DNA from: Octopus sinensis
Taxonomy: Eukaryota
Length of the DNA stretch: 64,000 nt
Reading direction: 5' to 3'
Assembly (NCBI RefSeq): GCF_006345805.1
Contig: NC_042998.1
Coordinates: 150,288,001-150,352,000 of the forward strand
The notes under the pieces are model-generated. The model did not search any database, was not told where the DNA came from, and saw only the letters and a list, made by a program, of their open reading frames with translations. This document shows positions 11,764-25,662 of the stretch, in pieces (the stretch's first letter is position 1; each line of letters opens with the position of its first letter). The position numbers were made by a program, and so were the translations under genes.

Positions 11764-12544
11764 AAGATAAGAAAATGGAGAAATACATCTAAATCAAATA
11801 TCAATTACCAGATAATACTCAATCACATACTTTATTAAACCACAATATTAGAGACTGTGGGGTTACGCATAAAAAAGCAGAACAAATCAGTGTACATAAA
11901 GGAATGTACATAAAAAAATGTACGTAAAAGAGTAATGTTGTATAATAAGTAGAATATATATAAAAAAGAGAATATAAATATAAGTAAATATAAATATAAG
12001 TATAGATTACATCTTACAGCTGTTTCGGCCATGTAGATAAGTATGTCTCATTTTACCAATATTAGCCTTTTATGGTAGGTCAATATATAGATATAAATGA
12101 GACATTTATAAAAATATCCTAAGGCCTCTTCGGAGATTATGTAATATAAATCGGTCTACATATATACCCACATGAGTGTGGGTACATACCCATAATACAA
12201 CATATGCATATACATATGAGTGTATATACTCACACACCTATACATATAAAAATATACATATACATAATGATGTAAATAAATAATATAAATTAGTAAACAT
12301 ATATATGTTCCACATTCAATGTATCAGTTTTTCAACTTAATATTGTGATAATAAACATACACATATTAGTACCTAGATGCAAATATACAATAGTACATTA
12401 TATTACTTCATACTAATTTTTTAAAGTGTCATTTTTTATGTGTAACCCCACAGTCTCTTATATGGTGGTTTAATAAAGTATGCGATTGAGTATTATCTGG
12501 TAATTGATATTTGATTTAGATGTATTTCTCTATTTTCTTATCTT
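11764..12544. mobile_element. PLE-like pseudo-LTR with 113-bp inverted arms (11764-11876 / 12432-12544)
   Basis: Arms are reverse complements with a few substitutions and enclose an HHR motif. Confidence 0.65.
12008..12139 (-). ncRNA. Type I hammerhead motif with long stem II, CCGAAGA core
   Basis: Minus strand: (UA)AUCU-CCGAAGA-GGCC...AUGUCUCAUUU/AAAUGAGACAU...GGCC-GAAAC-AGCU-GUA-AGAU(G)UA. Confidence 0.65.
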
Positions 12545-12562
12545 ATATATATATATAATATA

Positions 12563-12610
<48 letters not shown>

Positions 12611-12771
12611 GAGAGAGAGAGAGAGGAGAGAGAGAGAGATGTACTCGCATAGCAAGGGATTTGATCTGAGATCGTGTGCTGGAACGAAAACAATTGCAGC
12701 GTGGAAGGTGTTTGTAAGCCATTTAAGAAACACACAAAAGCTGTTCGATTGACTTCAACATTTAAGTTTAA

Positions 12772-12821
12772 TTTGTCAAAATATTTTCGTCACTAAAATC
12801 CGCGACCTGTTCACTGACAAA
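12772..12821 (-). ncRNA. Minimal type I hammerhead-like motif with G3:C8 core (GUGAACA)
   Basis: Minus strand: UUUGUCA-GUGAACA-G-GUCGC-GGAUUUUA-GUGAC-GAAA-A-UA-UUU-UGACAAA. Stem I is 7 bp, stem II 5 bp, and stem III the palindrome AAUAUU. Confidence 0.6.
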
Positions 12822-13609
12822 AATCCGTGCTGCATCTGAGAAAGTAACAGTTAGTTCGTCATATATATGTACGTATGTATGTGTGTATGTATGTATGTAT
12901 ACACGCATGTATGCATGCATGCATGTATGTATTTATGTACGTACATACGCCTGTGTGTATGTATGTATGTATGTATGTATGTATGTATGTATGTATGTAT
13001 GTATGTATATATATATATATATATATACTCTCACACACACATATGTACACGCACACATAGATGCATTAATACATACATACTATTAGATATAATTATTGCA
13101 TATATTATATATTATATTATACACACACATACACACACGTACACACTCATATTGTATAAATGAATACATTTATGTATGTTTATATATATATATATATATA
13201 TATAATGTACGTAACTATGTCTATGCGTAAGTTTTGTTACTAATTCTCTGCTTTGTATCTATTGTAATCTCGCTTTTCTTCTTGTTCTCAATGTTGCTAT
13301 TGTCTTTTCCTACTGTTTTTGTTATTGTTAGGGCTGAGGCGGTGGCGGCGGCGGCGCGTTGTTGGTGGTGGTGATGTTAGCTGAGGCGGGCAGACTTATG
13401 ATATCCTCCGCCGCCATCACCTTACACCCCTTTCTCGTTATCCTCGCCGTCATTGTAGATTTTTTGTATGATTTTTTTTTTTGTTTCATAGTTTTGCTTT
13501 TAATTTTTGTTTCGTATTTAAAATTATTTCCTATTGTTTTGTGACATTCGCTGCTCTTTCTATCGTTGCCGCCATGTCTGCTAAAAATGTTAACGCTACT
13601 TCATGTGTT

Positions 13610-13706
13610 TATAATCATCATCATTATCATCATCATCACCATCATCATCACCATCGTCATCACCATCATCATCACCATCATCATCATCATCATCAGCATC
13701 ATCATT

Positions 13707-13741
<35 letters not shown>

Positions 13742-13785
13742 TATCATCATTATCATCACCATCATCATTATCATCATCATCATCG

Positions 13786-13818
<33 letters not shown>

Positions 13819-13935
13819 CGTCGTCGTCATCGTTGTCGTCGTCGTCATCACCATAATTATCGCCATCATCATCATCTTCATCACCATTGTTATCATCGTC
13901 ATTATTGTCATCATCATCGCCACCACTAGCATCAC
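13610..13935. repeat. (CAT)n/(CAC)n trinucleotide microsatellite
   Basis: Direct reading; it explains the poly-His/Ile/Met ORFs. Confidence 0.95.
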
Positions 13936-14344
13936 TACCATCAACATCGGCATACTTATGACTATTATTATTTTTATTATAATACATATCAGCTGTATTT
14001 CATTACTTTTTTTATTACGACAGTTTTCTTTTATGCTGTTATATTTATTCAACCATCTTTTTTTATGTTTTTGCTTTGACTTCTTTTATTTATATATATT
14101 TTTTTATATAAAAAAAAAAGTCTTTTCTACATTTACGTCATATTTTTATTGTTTGAGTCAGCCATTTTGAGCGAAATATAGAAATATCGACCGAGGCATT
14201 AGCTGCAATATTTTCCAATTTTTTTTCTTTTTTATAGTACTGAAATATATCCAATATGATGTGTGTGTGTGTGTGTGCGTGTGTGTGCGTGTGTATGCGT
14301 GTGTGCGTGTGTAAATGTATATGTATATATAATATAATATAATA

Positions 14345-14383
<39 letters not shown>

Positions 14384-14531
14384 GGATGCATATATGTAGA
14401 GACAGATATAGACATAGATACGAACGTATATGTATCTCTCTCTATATATATACATATATATATATATGTATATATATACATATGTATATATATTATATAC
14501 GTATATATATGCATTTATATGTGTGTGAATG

Positions 14532-14570
<39 letters not shown>

Positions 14571-14840
14571 TGTGTATATATCAGTGAGTAAGTATTATCA
14601 AATGCAGATGTGCATATTCATATGTGTGTGTATGTTTGAAGGCGCGCACACACACACGCGCACACACACTCTCGCACGCACACGCACACGCATACAGACA
14701 CAAACACAAGCACACACGTATTCTTACACAAACCTAATCATGAATATTTTTACATATATAATTTTTTTTAAACATATATTCCACAGGCACGCACCAACTG
14801 ATACATATATGACGCCTATATATGTTTGAGTATCGATGTA

Positions 14841-14911
<71 letters not shown>

Positions 14912-15337
14912 CCCATATATATATGTATATACATACGTACATATATATATATACATATACATAAATATAAATATATACACATATATATATATATACATGT
15001 ACTTAATTGAATTCGGTATATGCGCATGCATATTTTTATATAGATATATATTACTACACATTCAGGTACACACGTGTATATATGGTTTGTGTGTATGTGT
15101 ATGAACATGTGCGTGTGTATTGATATGTATGTGAGTGTACATATATATTTATGTGTGCGTGCATCTCTGTATGTGTATGGAAGCCCTATGTAAATATGAC
15201 AACGATAGCTTAAGAGCTATTTTCACGGCTCACACGGTAAAATCGATTCAAACACACGGAAATAATTCGGATCAAATTGTAGCTTAAAATATATACAGTT
15301 GTATATGTGTATGCATGTATGTATGTATATATGTATG

Positions 15338-15371
<34 letters not shown>

Positions 15372-15930
15372 TGTATGTATGTATGTATGTATGTATGTAT
15401 TTATGTATGTATGTATGTATGTATACATGCATGTATGTATGTGTGTATATATATATGTATGTATATGTATATATATTTGTCTGTGAGTGTGTATGAAGGT
15501 ATGTATGAACATGTGTACATATATGTGTATATATATTTATATATAAATATATACGTGTCTTTATATGTATGTGTATTATATATAAATAGATAGAGAGACA
15601 GACAGATAGACAGACAGACAGATGCATATATATACATACATTTACACACACATACACACATATAAGAACATATTTAACCGCATTTTTGCCAGAAACCTTC
15701 ATTAGAATTTTCTACCAACAATGTATTCGCTTTAACAGATTCCTCTTCTTTCTTCAGGTCATCTCTCAGATCTACACCTCTCACGACTTCCAGCCTGAAT
15801 CATTTGTCTGATCGCGTATCCTTTAAAGTGTCTAACTCTTCATCCTGAACATTATCAGATAGAGCATATCGCCTTGTCTGACCACTTCAATTGCATCGCA
15901 CTCAAGAATGTAACCCACAAAATACACACT

Positions 15931-16026
<96 letters not shown>

Positions 16027-16554
16027 CATATTAAAAATATTTTCTTGAGGCCAGTCACTCATATTTTATGACGCATAAATGACTGTGACCACAACAGTCC
16101 TCTAAAACGGGGCGTCGGTCTGTTGCAGAATTCATGACCACAAATTTCAGAAGAGAGGACTGGCTCTTTATTTTACCTACGCGAAGTCAACTGGATTTGA
16201 ACCCACAACGTAAAAAGACGGGAAAATGCCACTAAACATTTTGTCTGATTTGCAAACGGCCCAGCTAGCTCGGCCGTTTGGGGCTATTATATGTAAAAGA
16301 AATCGGCTGAAGGCGAGCCAATTGATTTGAGGTAATGATTTGCTGAGCAACATTTGTTGATCGTCTGGGCCACTACTACCTGATCTTGATGCTTACGTTC
16401 TTCTATAATAATACAGTGCCCTTGATATACAATCTGCTTGAATAATATTCTCCCGATTTTGTAAAGTAGCCAATTGTTACATCAATTGTAAATTACCTTC
16501 TCTCAAACTCCTCCTCACATGCACTTTCACATCATCCTTCTATTTATAGAAATA

Positions 16555-17340
16555 TGTCCATGGATCTACGCAGGATTGCACGGTGGCTATTAAGTGGTAA
16601 GGGGAAAGAAAGGTAAATACATAGAAAGAGACGTAGATAGAGTGGGTGGGGAAGTTAACGATTGGCTTTAGGATAAAGTATGGTATATTAGCACACAGTG
16701 TCTAAGAATGTATTGTGAGAAGATAAGAGAGAGGATGAGGAAGTAGAGGAAGATAACGTAAAAAAATAAACAAAATACAGCAAAATGAAAGAAATTTAAA
16801 GAGAGTAGTAGTTGCCAGTGGTCTTCTTTTATGGGTGTGCAGGTATTCGAGAATAGCGGAACTAGTTGAATGTTAAACCTATAACACCATTGCTAAAAAT
16901 AACTCTGCAACCACTGACCTTAGCCAGAACGGACACAATATTTACTACTAGATTTCCTTCCCAACTCCTATAGACTAGAAGAATACCACTGGTACATACT
17001 AGTCTCTTTAACTTCCTTTCGTTTTGCTTTATTTTTTTTTTACGTTATCTTCCCCTACTTCCTCATCCCCTCTCTTATCTTCTCAGCTATCTCCGTGCAA
17101 TACATTCTTAGACACTATGTGCTTATATACCATACTTTATCCTAAAGCCAATCGTTAACTTCCCCACTTACTCTATCTACGTCTCTTTCTATGTATTTAT
17201 TTTTCTTTCCGTTTACCACTTCCTTTTCGTTATAGAACGTTGATCGCGTCTTATTTGGGAGGATATTTACAATATCAGGACTTTAACCCAAATGGATCTA
17301 CGAAGGATTGCACCGTGCAATCCTGCGTAGATCCATGGAC
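16555..17340. repeat. Nested inverted repeats (16593-16822 / 16985-17220) plus 45-bp hairpin at 17292-17336
   Basis: Reverse-complement match of ~230-bp diverged arms, and ATGGATCTACG(A/C)AGGATTGCAC arms with a 1-nt spacer. Confidence 0.75.
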
Positions 17341-17716
17341 TTATTTCTACAACATCGGAAAGTTGAACTGTGAACTCTTATACTTCTTTTTTTTTCTCTC
17401 TTCATCTCCTTACTCCTTTACTTCTGTCCTTTTTGTCGTCATTTCATTAATCTATACCCTTCTCATTTTCCCTAGATATCCCAGAAACAGCTGTAAGACT
17501 TTGAAATGTTTTCCAATAATAATATTGTATATGACTTGAGATTATTGCCTTGCCAAAACGTTTGTTGTTCTCTTTAATAGTTATATATCCGCTAACGGGA
17601 AATCTGCAATGGCTCCATAACTACGGTCTCGACTACAACCTTGTAGCTTTAGTAATCCGTTACAGCACTCACTTAGCATACCTAATCGTTTAAATCACCT
17701 GTGAACTATATATATA

Positions 17717-17797
<81 letters not shown>

Positions 17798-17902
17798 ATA
17801 TTATATATATATATATATATATAATATACATGTATATATATAGAGAGAGAGATAGGTACATAATACATACTCAGATACATACATACATACATACGTACAT
17901 AC

Positions 17903-17933
<31 letters not shown>

Positions 17934-18126
17934 CATACAATACATACATACATACATACATACAATTACGCATACCAAATTTATCAACTCCAACGGACGG
18001 TGAGGATAAAATTGCCCAGGAAGGATTTCAACCCAGAAGATAATGAACCAATAGCTCATAACCTTTTTGTCCAACTCTTTACTTTGTTTCACAATCAACT
18101 GCCATATTATATATACATACATACAT

Positions 18127-18197
<71 letters not shown>

Positions 18198-18198
<1 letters not shown>

Positions 18199-18644
18199 GA
18201 GAAAGAAGCAACAAGAATGGATAGGTTTTTAGTACGATCGTTTCATACAAGGACAGGTTTTATTAAAAGTTGCAAAGATTACAGCATATAAACGAGTCCC
18301 GTACTCATCAGCTAAAATACATGTGAGTTCTCTAGACATCCTAGTGTTTGAGGCTATACTCATGAAGTAATGTAGATAATTAAGTAACATAAACAGATTT
18401 CAAAAGTTCATTAAAGTTTAATGAACTTTAATGAACTTTTGAAATCTGTTTATGTTACTTAATTATCTACATTACTTCATGAGTATAGCCTCAAACACTA
18501 GGATGTCTAGAGAACTCACATGTATTTTAGCTGATGAGTACGGGACTCGTTTATATGCTGTAATCTTTGCAACTTTTAATAAAACCTGTCCTTGTATGAA
18601 ACGATCGTACTAAAAACCTATCCATTCTTGTTGCTTCTTTCTCG
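18198..18644. repeat. Perfect 447-bp palindrome (221-bp arms, 5-nt spacer TAATG)
   Basis: Base-by-base comparison of 18198-18418 with the reverse complement of 18424-18644 showed no differences. Confidence 0.92.
18525..18615 (+). ncRNA. Type I hammerhead motif with long stem II (mirror copy at 18227-18317, - strand)
   Basis: UUUUAG-CUGAUGA-GUACGGGAC...GUCCU(U)GUAU-GAAAC-GAUC-GUA-CUAAAA. Predicted cleavage is after 18609. Confidence 0.75.
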
Positions 18645-20400
18645 CTTATAATCACCCCACATTACTGTATTGTTAAATCAGTATAGTTTTTTTTGGTGCA
18701 TCTAAGTTAGGTACCATATTCAAGTAAATTCATTTAAATTAGCTTGAATCTTTATTGCTCTTTGTATATATATATATATATATATATATACCTGATATTT
18801 TAAAAGATAATTTTGTCATTCCTTGGTTTTTCTCTTTCTACTAATTATGCAGTTTTAGTAATAAACTACATCTTTATGTCTCCGTGTGATAAATCACATG
18901 GTATATCTAGTTATAACTCCCATTAATATTTTGAATGATAGATCGTAAGTCTTAATATTATCACATATTTTATTATTATTATTATTATCATTATTATTAT
19001 TATTATTATTATTATCAATAATTATTATAATATTACTACTACTACCACCATTACTACTACTGCTACTACTACTACTACTACTACTACTACTATTGTTGTT
19101 ATTTGAAGTAAAATAACTTGTTTGCTCTAGCTGCAATTTTTTTAATATTTCAAGTTTTGTTAATACTTTGAATATCCTTGGAAAAAATATAAATTCCAGA
19201 ATAAGAAACTATATGTTCATTTATTTTATTAATGCCATTAATACTGTTATCTAATTATGGAGAACTGCTTGCATGTTAGATATTTTTTTATAATGGCTGC
19301 TATAAATATCATTTGGTTTGTGTCATCCATTATAACAGAATTTCCTAAATTTTCGAAAGTTTGGGTTTCTGCTGATTTAGAACATCTTTCATTCTGTTTT
19401 TCCTTCCTTCCTTCCTTCTTCCCTCCTTCCTCTCTTCCTTAAATTTCCATTCAATCCTTTTCCTAAACAACCTCTCTATTCTCGCGATTTCCTAGCGTGT
19501 GTTTTGAAAGAATAATAAACGATGGAATGTAAGTGGCGATTGCAACCTGCTGCCATCAATCATGGATTCATAAATGTATAGAACAAAAAGGACAACTTCA
19601 TGTCAATGAAGTTCCGTCGCTGCTCTTACCATCCAAGGAGGTATCATCAATTCATTTATTCCCACACAATCTCACATATACATATTTTCACACAACCCAG
19701 CAAACTTACATCTAAACACTCGCCTCTCTTCACCCTTCTTAATTAGCTTCTTAGAACAGCATTCTCATTTGGTTTCTGACTCTTAACTCCGGTTTCTCAA
19801 TGACTATTTTTCTTTCTCACTCACACTATGCTTTCTTTTTCTTATGATGAAGTACTAACGTTCGATACGTGATAACACTTTCTCTTTGCATTTCATTTTA
19901 ATGAGTATTGTATTTACACTTTATACATACATACACACATGCACGCACGCACGCATACACATACTTTGTGTTAATTGGCCAAGAATTCATAAATTAATGA
20001 GTGCTCTTTAATAAATTTTAATTAAATGACTCCAAAAATATCAGTTCTCCAAGTATCATGTCGCCTGACTTTCAGCTGATAACCTGAAACTGTTGCTTTT
20101 TAAATCATCGGTTGTCTGAATATATTTAAAGATTTATTTAAAAGCTACCAAGAAACGCTTATCCCATTACTTTTCAAGAAGTCATGTAAGAGATATTTCA
20201 TAAAAACGGTGGTTTCGAGATAACGTTTTCCATCACTACCCTGGTTCTGGTAGGAATACGAAAATTTTTGAAAATCTTCACACCTTATATTTATCATTGT
20301 AGAATCTGGCCTCCTCGAGGGAGGTCACTCTCAAACCAATCTTCTCTTAAGAAATTCTGTGGTTGTACACACACACACACACACACACACACAACACACA

Positions 20401-20431
<31 letters not shown>

Positions 20432-20561
20432 CACAACACACACACACACATACGTATACATATATATATTATATATATATATATATATGGATAGATAAAT
20501 AGATAGATATGTATATATATGTGTATACACACACACACACATATATATATGTATATATCTG

Positions 20562-20626
<65 letters not shown>

Positions 20627-21519
20627 TGTATGCATTTAAAATTTTTTTAGATTTTCTGAAATAATATTTATGTTCTAAAATTTTTTCTAGACTTTTTCAA
20701 TTTCATAGCGAAAAATAAATTATTACCTTTATTTTTTTTTTACTCGTTTTCTCACATCTCAAAATTATTTGCTTTTAAATCTTAAACAACTTTGGATTTT
20801 TCTTAAAACATTTTCCCTCATTTCTTTACTTCTTTATTAGTTTTCCTTCTTTAATTCTTTCTGGCGTGTATTCGCCATCATCATAGAAACAACAAAACAA
20901 AATGAAATGCCACTAAAATCTCACGAAAGATCATAAAGCTAATATGCTCCTATAGCATACACATTTTCATTGTTGTTGTATCATAAAAGTGGAAACGGCT
21001 GGGTATTTGACAAGGTCGCTTTGTAATCTTGTGGCCGCTGGTTATATCCAGTTCTACAGTAACTTCGGAAGATGTCGTCTACCCTATTCTTGAGTCACAT
21101 CAAAACCTGTGAGTGAGAACAAAACTGCGCGAAAGCGTATTGGATTGATGGTACTTCTTTTGGAGAATGTAAACCTGCTGCGTCAGCTGATTAAATTCCA
21201 CCACTTGATGATTGAGATCCCTGACCTTAGTCCAGTCTGTTGCAAGAATTGTAAACAGATCATTTGATTCGACAATAACACCATAACCCTTGTGATTATT
21301 TAGAATAATACATTGTTTTACATACTCCTGACTCTCCTTTTCAGCTTTAACACCATTTTACCATTTTACTCAGCCTTTGGTATTCGAGTACTATTTTTAC
21401 CTCCTTATTTTGCACCTTTGTACTCGCAAATCTGACTATCTATCTCCCCCTCTCTCTCTGTTTATCGATCTATCAATCACTCTCTTTCTCTTTCTGTCTC
21501 TCCCTGTCTCTGTCTCTCT

Positions 21520-21570
<51 letters not shown>

Positions 21571-21785
21571 CATACACACACACACACACATACACATACG
21601 CACGCACACAAAATATACATACATGCACATATACCAACATAGACATACTGCTCCTACTGGTGCCACAACTACTACTACTACTACTACAACAACTGCTGCT
21701 ACTGCTGCTACTGCTGCTAATACATCGTAGATAGTAATAATAATAGTAGCAGCATAAGCCATGATAGTAATAGCAGCAGTGGCTT

Positions 21786-21840
<55 letters not shown>

Positions 21841-22764
21841 GGTGGTGGTGGTGGTGGTGGTGGTGGTGGTAGTTGTTGTTGTTGTTGTTGTTGTTGTATG
21901 AGGATGAGAAAGATGAATATGAAGGTTTATTGGTGGTGTAGGGTAGAGTGAACTTGTTTGGATCAGTCGGTGATGTTTTGTTGCTTATTTGTAGTTTGAC
22001 GTCATTCACAGAGTAAAATGTTTAGAAGTGTCGTAGCGGTGAGAACAAGTCAGAAAATACTTGGCAGTGGCACCACTAGCAACGACAGCAGCAGAAGCAA
22101 CAAAAACAACACCACCAACAACAACAACAACATTAACAACACTTGTTGCATTCATAAAAATATATTCGCAAGAACAACGCAATAACTGCAACAGCAACAA
22201 CAATACAACGTTGACATTAGCTGAAGTATCAGGAGGAACAACAGCAGCAACAGCTGCGGTAGTAGCAGGAGTAGCAGCAACAATGGTAGAATCAACAATA
22301 GGGCATCAGAACTGAAGGACACATTAATAGCAACATCACCACCAACGACAACAACAATAGTATTTTTTTTTTAAATAGTGACTATGTCATCACGGTGTGC
22401 GACAACAGCTGCAACAAGAGCAATACCAACAACAACTATGACGAGAACCTTTACGTGTTCTATGATTTGCAAGTAATAGCAGCATATTCTCCCCCTCAAA
22501 TTATATCTTACTTCCTTAGAAAGAGGACACCTCGAATTATGTAGTGCCAAGTTCCGTGAACATCAAAAATGGCGGGATGATCACAGCTGGAATGCTTTCA
22601 ATTATAAGTCTCTTAGAACAAGATTGACGTGGGGCTAAATAACCCTGACAGTGAAAGGTCTCTATGTTGTTGTTTGACATGCCAAATATAACAGTTAAGT
22701 CTACGTCAAAATACACCACAGATGTATGTATAACTGGAAATATATTATCCTATGCACACCTAAA

Positions 22765-25480
22765 AGGCAAGATGGTCACGGCTGAGTTATGGGCCTAAAA
22801 TTATCAATAAAGTCTTCCTTGTTAGAGTTTTTTCTCAGCAGCACCTCCACACCTCGGCTCACAAAACTGGGATATTCTCTCATTCCGTTGCCAGTTGCCG
22901 TGAACGTTTGCTATGAGATAACCGAAAAAGTCTCGTAGAGTAGACCATCCAAACCAGGCAATTTACCCCTGCTGTAGTTAGCTATCGCTTCCCGTAATTC
23001 AGCAGTTGTTATCAGCCGTTTGCAGCACTCCACCTCCGCTCATCACTGCTCTCGGCTCATCACTGCTCTCGTAAAGTTGAGCGAAGTGCTGTTGAAAAGC
23101 TGCACACATCTGTTTGCGATCGAGTAGCGTGTGCCCGTCTTAGCCCGGTAAAGATAAGATTGTGGCTTTGTTTCCACGCTGTGTCTCTGCCACTCGGACC
23201 CATTAAACAGCTTCATGTCTACGAGCACGCGCCTCAGCTTTGACAACGCACCCTTCGTGTTCGCTGTGAGAGCGTCGGTTGCGATGCTTTTCCTAAAAGC
23301 CTCATTTAGCTTCCCGACTAACTCAGCCTCTAATATGTTTCTTTCTACAGCTGGTCCTTTGCCAAACCGTATTGATTCTATTCTAATCACCCTTTTCTGA
23401 ACGAACCAGCAATTGTAGCCCATAAATGCTCTTGCCAATGCCCGCTTAACTAATTCAATAATCCAGTCTCTGTAAGCTTTGCTGCCATGAAGGACGCTTT
23501 CAGCTTCCATGAACCTATGGAGCCAATCAAAGTTGACTGTACAGATAACAAGTTTGTGGACTGTGTAGTTGACTACTTTAAATTGTGCACATCCTATGCT
23601 GTCTTTATCTGCTTCGCTACAGAATATCCTATCTAGGCACGAACTGGATATACTCCCTAGATACAACCCGATGCAGTTTAACCAGGTCCACACTGGCACA
23701 TTCAGGAAATACAATCAATACCTGCCATGTATCTGATATCGTCGGAGCTGGTTCGCGAGGTTTTTGCACTCACCTTCCTTATCTACTAAGCCCACGCAGT
23801 CCCAGCCAACATATAAGATCCCATTCCAGTCGTTCACTAACACTTTTTCCTTGAAAAAGTTTCCAGACCCCTGAAGAAATCAGGTCCATCTGCCTCTGCC
23901 GGGGAATAGACAGCAACTAGACTGAAATCATGTCCGCTACCGGTCATGTCCAGCACTATCGACTTATCTTTCGGATCCAGAAGATGGTCCAAATCACGAG
24001 TTTCAAGTTCTTCCGAACCAACACGGCGGCTCTGCCCCCTGGTCTCACTGATGACCACCACATTTCTGTTTAGTCAACTGAGATTGTTGAGCGGGTCATA
24101 CTGTTTCCAAGGCAACTTCAGGTCACGTGCACACCGCTTATTCTCGATACGGCCACGTTATTAGGACAAGGTGAAAAGTGAGAAGGAATACTTACATGAT
24201 TTTGTTGGGAGGGTTGTTTGTCAGTCCCTCCGGTTTGATTGGGGTGTTTCCACCAACAGATCACCAAAGTATTCGTTTGGTGATGTTCTCTCTGAATTCA
24301 CCGATTCTCTTTGAGAATTTAGTTTTTAGATGTATGTGTCTTGTGTTGTTTGAAAGATTTGTACATGTAGGTATGGAGTTTGTGGGGATTATAAAATCTG
24401 TTTGTGTGATGTTAGTTTTTATATATTTAATGAAGTTTGCATTTCTTAGAGTTTATTACCAAGTAGTTTGCAATCATACTGTCTTTACTTTGTTTTTGCT
24501 TTTGTTGTTGTTGTTGTGTATTTTGGTTGAGTTACCTTTGTAGTGTTGGTCGTTGTGCTAGTGTTTCAGATACTTATGGCAGTGGTAGTGATGTATTTGT
24601 TTCAGGTGCTTTTTGCCTTACAGCTTTTATTTTTTCCCTCTACACTTTTTATTTGGATGAGGTTTGTTCGTTGTATTTTGTTGATTTGTTTTTCTTTTCG
24701 TCTCCTTTTAGTTATTATCGTCTACTTCTCATCTTGATCAAACTCACTGTATGTCATGTCTGACCGTTCATGTCTTGCTAGTATGGTGTTGCTAGATTTG
24801 TTGCAGTAACTGTTGTTGTTGGAACTTTGGTCGTTTCTGTTGATGTTGCAGTTCGTGTTATTGCTGATGATGCTGTTGTTAATTTTGGGGCTTTGGTGAC
24901 TGTTGTTGGAGGATGCCTTGGTTCTGGGAGAGCAGAGGATTTTTTCTTTCTCTCTTTTAATGTAGGACACAAGGTTTTTTAGTGAGTGGTCGAAAGCCAA
25001 ATGTAATACTTCACTTTCCTTCCTTCAACTCTAATGTGTATAATTATGCCGCCTGAGAGATGTATTTCATCTGCAATAGCATTCACAATGTTTTTCACGG
25101 TTTGGATGAGGAGCCTTATCCCCATTACCTAACAGTTTTCTTTTTCAGTCAGGCAAACTTCGAGGATTTTTGTGTTTTCTTCGGTGGCTACCGTGATCGC
25201 ATCAGTTAGTCAAGGAATAGTTATCAATGACGGCACCTGCTGGAAGCGGATGCTTACTAATCCCTGGCTGCAGTAGTAAGGAACCAACTAGATATCCTCA
25301 CTTTTCAGGAGTTTTGGAGGGTGGGCTTTTACTTTCTCCTCTATTTCAAGTCTCATTTCCACCGTTCCAAAACCCCTTCTTTTAGTTTCCAAACGGAACC
25401 TAATGCCTTTTGGATTTAGCCTCAGTGATTCTTTCCATCCTTCTCGACTTTATTCCAATAGTACAGTATTTTGGTTGGTA
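22765..25480 (-). mobile_element. Degraded Tx1/L1-like LINE: ORF1 remnant, APE endonuclease and start of RT
   Basis: Minus strand: ORF1-like GFGTVEMRLEIEE (~25370); APE motifs FSLVAVYSP (ORF 23837-24061) and LDRIFC...TVHKLV (ORF 23043-23714); RT-0/1 motifs GKLPGLDGLLYE and DNFRPIT (~22790-22970). Confidence 0.8.
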
Positions 25481-25662
25481 TTGGTCGGAGTGTTGAGTTT
25501 TACAGTCCATCTTGTTCGACTAACTTTGTTGATTTCTCCCTCAGAGAAGTTAATTCTTTAAAAAGAAAACTTGCTGGCACTAGACTGGTGTTTGTATATG
25601 TCGTTGTACTACCTTGGGGGTTTGTTCTCTCAACATTGCTACAATTGTTGTTGTTGTTGTTG

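Noticed and set aside
15720-15940. Higher-complexity stretch resembling a possible exon on the minus strand
   Set aside because: All minus-strand frames stop within ~30-40 codons of non-repeat sequence and no motif was recognised.
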